From Sulfurimonas sp. (GTDB lineage: Bacteria > Campylobacterota > Campylobacteria > Campylobacterales > Sulfurimonadaceae), in NCBI RefSeq assembly GCF_029027585.1, contig NZ_CP093397.1, positions 1,103,405-1,167,404 on the forward strand: DNA of 64,000 bases, given 5' to 3'. Below the pieces are notes generated by a model. It had not been told where the DNA came from and searched no databases. It worked only from the letters and a program-made list of their open reading frames with translations. Below are positions 59,251 to 64,000 of this stretch, in pieces (position 1 is the stretch's first letter; every line of letters starts with the position of its first letter). The position numbers were made by a program, and so were the translations under genes.

Positions 59251-60323
59251 GATATTTTCTCCTGTGTATTTTTTAACAACTCATTTCTAAATTTTTTAAG
59301 TATCATAAGTATGAAAATAGCACTTATACCTATAATTAAAAAGAAGACATATTTTGGCATCCAAGCCCACCACCAGTTGTAAAATTTTGTATAAAGAAAA
59401 ATGACAAAAAAGATATTTCCCATATTTGTAACTTCTGATAAACCTTTTTTTATACCAATATAGATGGCAAAAGCACTAAAGCCAAATCCCACAACTTGGT
59501 AAAATCCTTCTATAAAATTTTCATTCATGTTTATATAACTTATGGAACCGTAATTTGATAAGATTAAAACAGGCAGAAAAAATAAAAACATGGAAAAGTA
59601 TCTGTAAACAACATCAAAGTTTGTATGTTTTGAATGGTTTATAAAAGAGAGTAAAAATAGAACTAAAGCAACTGGGAAAAAGTTTTCAGGATAATCTGAG
59701 AAATTAATCCAATAAGCTCCGCCCCAAACTCCAACTTTTACTGATAAGAAAAATGAAATAAATATGATTCCCACTCCTAAAAGTAGTCTAGCCTTTAAAG
59801 CATAAGCTAGTAAAAATGCAAATAGTGCCCATACAAAAAAAGCATTTGGTGATGGTGTGATGTTAAATATCTGACCAAGCATAGCTAGGTTTAGAGCAAA
59901 TGTAGTAAAAGTAAGTAGAGCTGATATCTTTGTATAGTAGTCTTTGTTGTGTTGTTTTGATAAGTAATATGTAGTAAAAAGTAAAATAGTTGGAGTAAAA
60001 ATAAGGATGAAAACTTGTGTACTTTCTCTAAAACTACCCCAGAACTGTAAAAATAGAAAAAATATACTAAAAGCAAGTCCAAGAGCCGCTAAAAATGAAA
60101 CTATTTTCATACCAAGACTAAGCTGTTTTTCATTTTTAGTTGTATCTATGTCAAACTCTAAAGAGTAGTTAGATAAAAGGTTTTGGTGGTATTTATCTAG
60201 CTTGTCGTTTTGCTCATTAGTAAGTTCAATTACATCTGTATCTTGTAATATTACTAATTCAGCTTGAAATGCCTTTACTTGATCTGTTCTTTGTTGGGCT
60301 GTTAAAATTGACTTTGTTTTCAT
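59247..60323 (-). CDS. Polytopic membrane protein, DUF2157-like
   Basis: A soluble N-terminal helix pair (...ELTNEQNDKLDKY...) followed by about 9 TM. It overlaps the downstream gene by 4 nt. Confidence 0.45.
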   Translation of the reverse strand: MKTKSILTAQQRTDQVKAFQAELVILQDTDVIELTNEQNDKLDKYHQNLLSNYSLEFDIDTTKNEKQLSLGMKIVSFLAALGLAFSIFFLFLQFWGSFRESTQVFILIFTPTILLFTTYYLSKQHNKDYYTKISALLTFTTFALNLAMLGQIFNITPSPNAFFVWALFAFLLAYALKARLLLGVGIIFISFFLSVKVGVWGGAYWINFSDYPENFFPVALVLFLLSFINHSKHTNFDVVYRYFSMFLFFLPVLILSNYGSISYINMNENFIEGFYQVVGFGFSAFAIYIGIKKGLSEVTNMGNIFFVIFLYTKFYNWWWAWMPKYVFFLIIGISAIFILMILKKFRNELLKNTQEKIS

Positions 60324-60416
60324 ATGTAAATAAATCCTATCTAACGAAACTAATTAGTATATGATAGCAAATATTTACTGAACTTTAAATAGTAAAATAT
60401 TATAGTAAAATAAATC

Positions 60417-60908
60417 ATGAAAAAAAATAAATCGCAAATCTATTTATTTACAGACGGAAGTGTTAATCCTCAAAGCGCAATAGGCTGTGGAGCATATTTA
60501 CTTTTAGATAAATTAGAGTTCTCTTTTGCCCAACTAGAAAAAGAAATTAAAATTAAAAAGTTTGACAATACATCCTCCACAAAATTAGAACTAGAGACAC
60601 TTTTATGGGCTTTAAATGATGTGAGTTTAAAAAAATTTAAAATAGTGATTTATACCGATTGTCAAAATATTATAGGACTCAAAGATAGAAGAGAGCGATT
60701 TGAGAGAAATAACTATATGACCAGCAAGGGTGTACTTATAAAAAATCATAAACTATATAAAGATTTTTTTAAGAACTTAGATATTTTAGATTGTGAGTTT
60801 ATCAAGGTAAAAGGTCATAAAAAGGCATCTGCAAAAAATGAGATAGATGAAATTTTTACTCTTGTGGATAGAGCCACAAGAAAGGCTCTTAGGAAAACTA
60901 TTTTATAG
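60417..60908 (+). CDS. RNase H (type 1) family protein
   Basis: The DEDD(H) pattern is present: FTDGS, KLELETLLWAL, IYTDCQ, and KGHKK...EIDEIFTLVDRATR. Confidence 0.7.
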   Translation: MKKNKSQIYLFTDGSVNPQSAIGCGAYLLLDKLEFSFAQLEKEIKIKKFDNTSSTKLELETLLWALNDVSLKKFKIVIYTDCQNIIGLKDRRERFERNNYMTSKGVLIKNHKLYKDFFKNLDILDCEFIKVKGHKKASAKNEIDEIFTLVDRATRKALRKTIL

Positions 60909-61052
60909 TTATATGCTCTCTTTAACCAATTTTTCTATTTTATATATATGTTGCACTTGCTATTTGAATTAGCGACTTAGCGTTGTGGAATTTATCTTAC
61001 AGCTGTAGTTTAGATTTAATTATATGATACAATTTCATCAATAAGGATTAGC

Positions 61053-62640
61053 ATGAAAGAAAATCAAAAAATAATCAAATATCAAAGTGGAAATATAGAA
61101 ATGGAAACCTATCAAGATGGTGAAACATTTGTAAAGAAGCATTACTATAATGCTAAAGATGCTTATGTTAAAGAGCTAAGTTATTTAAAAGATGGGATTA
61201 AAAAAGTTAAATATTTTACTGAAAAAGGTGTTTTGTCAAAGCTAAACTATTTTGTAGATGATAAACGACATGGATTAGAAACAAAATACTTTATCTCTAA
61301 AGCTGATGGCAGCATCAAAAGTACTAAATCTTATGAAAATGGGAAGTTACACGGCGAAAATATAATTTATAATGAAAAGGGTGAAATAATTAAACGAGAA
61401 ATTTTTGCTCTTGAAAACTACAAAAGGTTATCGATGGACAAAACTTCTAGCCATATTAGAAACATACTGCATGGTTTTTTCCTAACAATCGGAACTACAA
61501 TCGCAGAACCCTCTACAATCTTACCCCTAATAGTAAACTATTTTGGTGGCAGTTCTATTCTTGTTGGTTTTTTTGCAGCTCTTCTTCGTGGAGGAGCTAT
61601 TATCGTTCAGCTTTTTGCAGCATTTAAAGCACAAAGTTATACCCTCATGATGCCTTATCTTCATCGTGTTTTTATGGTTAGATTTTTAGCATGGTTTTTC
61701 ATAGGTGTGTCTATCCTTTTATTTGGGGAAGATTCACCAACCTTGACTCTTTTTTGCATCGGTTTTGGACTTTTTCTTTTCTCTTTTAGTGCAGGGTTTG
61801 GGGCTATTTACTTTAAAGATATTATAGGTAAGATTTTTTCTCATAAATTTCGTGGCAAAACCATGGCTTATAGACAATTTTTTAGCGGTGCAGGTGGGCT
61901 AATTAGCGGTGCTTTAGCTGGTTGGATTATTGCTTCGTTTGATGCACCTATGAGTTATGGTTATCTTTTTATTATTAGTTCTTTTATCATGGGACTTGGA
62001 TATCTTTCTTTTGGAACTATTGATGAGCCTGTAAAAGAAAAAGTAAGTAAAAGAGAAAAACTCATTTAAGCAGTTTTTGCACAACTCATGGACGCTTCTA
62101 AAGGGTGATAAAGATTTACAAATCCAACTAAAAACTTTTCTTTTTGCTTATGGTTATTTAATAGCTCTACCTTTTATAATCCTAGACGCTCAAACAAAAA
62201 TCGACCTAGATGGTCTAGCTATCGGGAGTCTGATAACAACTCAAATGGTAGGAGCGATGCTAAGTAACTTTTTATGGGGAAAACTTAGCTCAAATGGCTT
62301 AAATAAATTAACAGCAAACATATCTATAAGTTTACAAATCATTGCAATATTTATAGCTTTTAACGCATCTACTCTTTATGAGTATATGTTTGTCTTTTTT
62401 CTAGTTGGTGCTGCACTAGATGGAAATCGCATAGCATCTGGAAACCTTATTTTAGCCCTTGCACCTGCTGATAAAAGACCTGTATATGTTGCCTTGCAAA
62501 TAAATATCATCTCATTTGGATTGTTTTTTTCACTTGTTGGGGGAGTTATTTTACACTTTTTTAACTACACTATTCTTTATAGCACAGCAAGTGCTATGCT
62601 ATTTTCATCACTATATTTTTCTTTTAAACTAAAGGATTAG
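61053..62640 (+). pseudogene. MFS transporter with an N-terminal MORN-variant (YwqK-like) repeat domain, split by a frameshift near an A5 run
   Basis: 61053-62069 encodes the repeat domain plus 6 TM. 62077-62640 (+1 frame, open from 62047) encodes the second 6-TM half. Removing one A from 62056-62060 fuses them (...KREN SFKQFLHNSW...). Confidence 0.75.
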
Positions 62641-62648
62641 TAAAAGCT

Positions 62649-63047
62649 TTAGATGCCAAAAAAGCTTTTGATGAAGGCTCTTTCTTTTGGTGTTTCTATA
62701 AGAATTTTGACCTCTGTGTCATCATCTCTTGTGATAATAACATCGTTTCCTTCAACTCTCATATACTCTTTTGCCCACTCTTTATCAAGCTCATCTAAAC
62801 GATGAAGTATCTCAGCATTACTTGGTTTTTCTTTTTCATCAGTTAGCTTATTTAAAATAGCTAAACCACCCATTCTTTTTTCTAGTTCGTAAGGACTATA
62901 AACCTTTATGGCTTTATAAATTCTCTCTTCTTTTGCCTCTGGCATCGCTCTTTTCATAGACAAAACACCCATAATTAAAAAACCAGCCAATAAAGCAAAA
63001 ACAAAAATCTTTTTTACTAAACTCATTTCACTTTTTTCTTCACTCAT
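62649..63047 (-). CDS. Membrane-anchored hypothetical protein
   Basis: One TM helix, 132 aa. It overlaps the upstream gene by 4 nt. Confidence 0.45.
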   Translation of the reverse strand: MSEEKSEMSLVKKIFVFALLAGFLIMGVLSMKRAMPEAKEERIYKAIKVYSPYELEKRMGGLAILNKLTDEKEKPSNAEILHRLDELDKEWAKEYMRVEGNDVIITRDDDTEVKILIETPKERAFIKSFFGI

Positions 63048-63613
63048 TTACTACTCCAATTTTGTATATAATTTTTTGCTTTTTCATCTAACATTTTCAT
63101 TCTATCTTTACCTTTTGGCAATGTTTTTCTTAGATTTTTCATCTCTTTTAAAAAATCACCTATGCTATCTGGAATAAGATTTTGCAAATAAATACGAAGA
63201 TGTTTTGCCATCGCAGGTGACGCTCCTGAGGTAGATACGGCAATAGTTAAATCATCTTTTTTTATATAAGATGGGAAAATAAAATCACAATAATCAACAG
63301 AATCAACAGAATTACAAAGACAATTATACTTTTTTGATTCGCTAAAGATTTCTGCTTGAAGTGGTATATCATCAACAGCAACAATAACTATACCAAATTC
63401 TGAGATATCCCCTTCTTTATAAGCTCTTTTTTCATAATGAAGCTTATTTTTTTTAATAGCACTAGACATATCATCTGATAAGTCTAGTGCTATTATAGAG
63501 ATATCTTGTGTGAAATCTAAGAGATGATCTAACTTTTCATAAGCTATATAGCCACCACCAACGATAAGTATTTGTTGATTGTCAAGTTTGATAAAAGCAG
63601 GAAAATAAGCCAT
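63044..63613 (-). CDS. Precorrin-2 dehydrogenase / sirohydrochlorin ferrochelatase (SirC / CysG N-terminal domain-like)
   Basis: FPAFIKLDNQQILIVGGGYIAYEK (NAD-binding) and TAVSTSGASPAMAKHLR. Confidence 0.8.
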   Translation of the reverse strand: MAYFPAFIKLDNQQILIVGGGYIAYEKLDHLLDFTQDISIIALDLSDDMSSAIKKNKLHYEKRAYKEGDISEFGIVIVAVDDIPLQAEIFSESKKYNCLCNSVDSVDYCDFIFPSYIKKDDLTIAVSTSGASPAMAKHLRIYLQNLIPDSIGDFLKEMKNLRKTLPKGKDRMKMLDEKAKNYIQNWSSK

Positions 63614-63743
63614 AATTCTCTTTTAAATTTTTAACGACATAATAGCATAATTTAAAAAATTCTAAACTTGACAAACATCAACTCAGATTAATAAAAATTA
63701 GCTAAAATCCTCTTAACTAAATTTAAAAATAAAGATAATAAAT

Positions 63744-64000
63744 ATGAAAGATGAAATACTATCGAGAATACAAAAAAAGTTTCCACTTGTCCCAAAACCT
63801 TTTGAGACTATTGCAAATGAACTTGAAATGAGTGAAGCTGAAGTTTTAGCAATCTTGCAAGAAGAAAAGCATAAAGGTATAATCCGCCAAACTTCTGCTA
63901 TATTTGACACAAAAAGATTAGGCTATAAATCATCTCTTGTAGCATTTAAAATCGCAGAAGATAAAATAGATAGTGCAGTAAAAATCATAAATTCACACCC
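63744..64000 (+). CDS. Lrp/AsnC-like siroheme decarboxylase subunit (NirD/NirH/AhbA-B family), 3' end outside the window
   Basis: Hand translation gives MKDEILSRIQKKFPLVPKPFETIANELEMSEAEVLAILQEEKHKGIIRQTSAIFDTKRLGYKSSLVAFKI.... It is absent from the ORF track because no stop lies in the window. Confidence 0.7.
   Translation, partial: MKDEILSRIQKKFPLVPKPFETIANELEMSEAEVLAILQEEKHKGIIRQTSAIFDTKRLGYKSSLVAFKIAEDKIDSAVKIINSH

Noticed and set aside
63713-63910. 65-aa minus-strand ORF
   Set aside because: It is antisense to the clearly recognisable NirD/AhbA-like plus-strand gene starting at 63744.
1-64000. Remaining short ORFs in the track that lie inside or antisense to larger genes. Examples: 209-469, 629-823, 1172-1501, 4321-4509, 5898-6104, 8580-8798, 9101-9286, 11476-11685, 12425-12628, 13858-14055, 15767-15949, 16116-16328, 16494-16709, 18042-18275, 20176-20364, 21291-21485, 21979-22224, 23114-23362, 26202-26411, 29303-29572, 30773-30958, 35031-35276, 35667-35963, 36913-37137, 41263-41457, 42441-42644, 43433-43669, 43967-44182, 48407-48658, 49356-49565, 50727-50924, 51321-51521, 52970-53185, 55829-56032, 57442-57660, 57621-57815 and 59891-60082.
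   Set aside because: Each is fully embedded in a longer ORF with recognisable family motifs. None shows motifs or ribosome-binding sites of its own.
1-64000. CRISPR arrays, tRNA/rRNA genes, IS elements, integrases and att-like flanking repeats for the two suspected inserts
   Set aside because: No regularly spaced repeats were seen. No T-loop-like GGTTCGAATCC (or GTTCGAATC) motifs were seen. No transposase- or recombinase-like translations were seen. Apart from the 54.2/61.1-kb duplicate, no direct or inverted repeats were seen at the insert borders.

Overview
AT-rich bacterial chromosomal segment. By eye it is low-30s % GC. Gene content and TGnTATAAT-type promoters suggest a Campylobacterota-like organism such as Sulfurimonas or Arcobacter, but that is inference only. 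All family calls come from motifs recognised in the supplied translations; no database search was run. No rRNA, tRNA, CRISPR array, transposase or integrase was seen.

Layout:
- 1-6.8 kb: a defence-type island. It holds a five-gene overlapping type I R-M operon (hsdM, dinD-like, hsdS, dinD-like, hsdR), then a DUF1778/GNAT toxin-antitoxin pair.
- 6.8-17.2 kb: a cobalamin uptake and nucleotide-loop cluster (ABC ATPase and permease, APH-fold kinase, Thr-P decarboxylase, cobQ, cbiB). It is interrupted by a 3.6-kb three-gene insert: lipoprotein, coiled-coil 2-TM protein, RhuM.
- 17.5-32.4 kb: chemotaxis and c-di-GMP sensing genes, a SUV3-like helicase, MscS, a DUF481 outer-membrane protein, an MFS transporter, a PAS plus MCP-CZB pair, a B12-radical SAM enzyme and a LapG-like protease.
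- 32.4-42.5 kb, minus strand: the most interesting block. This is a tightly coupled seven-gene operon around a stand-alone NRPS-like A-T-R enzyme. In transcription order it encodes a C69 dipeptidase, HAAAP permease, A-T-R, Sfp-type PPTase, AEC exporter, metallophosphoesterase and porin. It sits exactly between the lapG-like and lapD-like genes.
- 45.5-51.6 kb: a heavy-metal RND efflux operon with a frameshifted, His-rich adaptor.
- 51.7-64 kb: hrpB, then a 6.8-kb block bracketed by a decayed duplicate of the 5' end of a MORN-MFS gene, then siroheme-related genes.

Three genes are broken at homopolymer runs. Each needs removal of one base to restore the frame, so sequencing artefact must be excluded before invoking phase variation.
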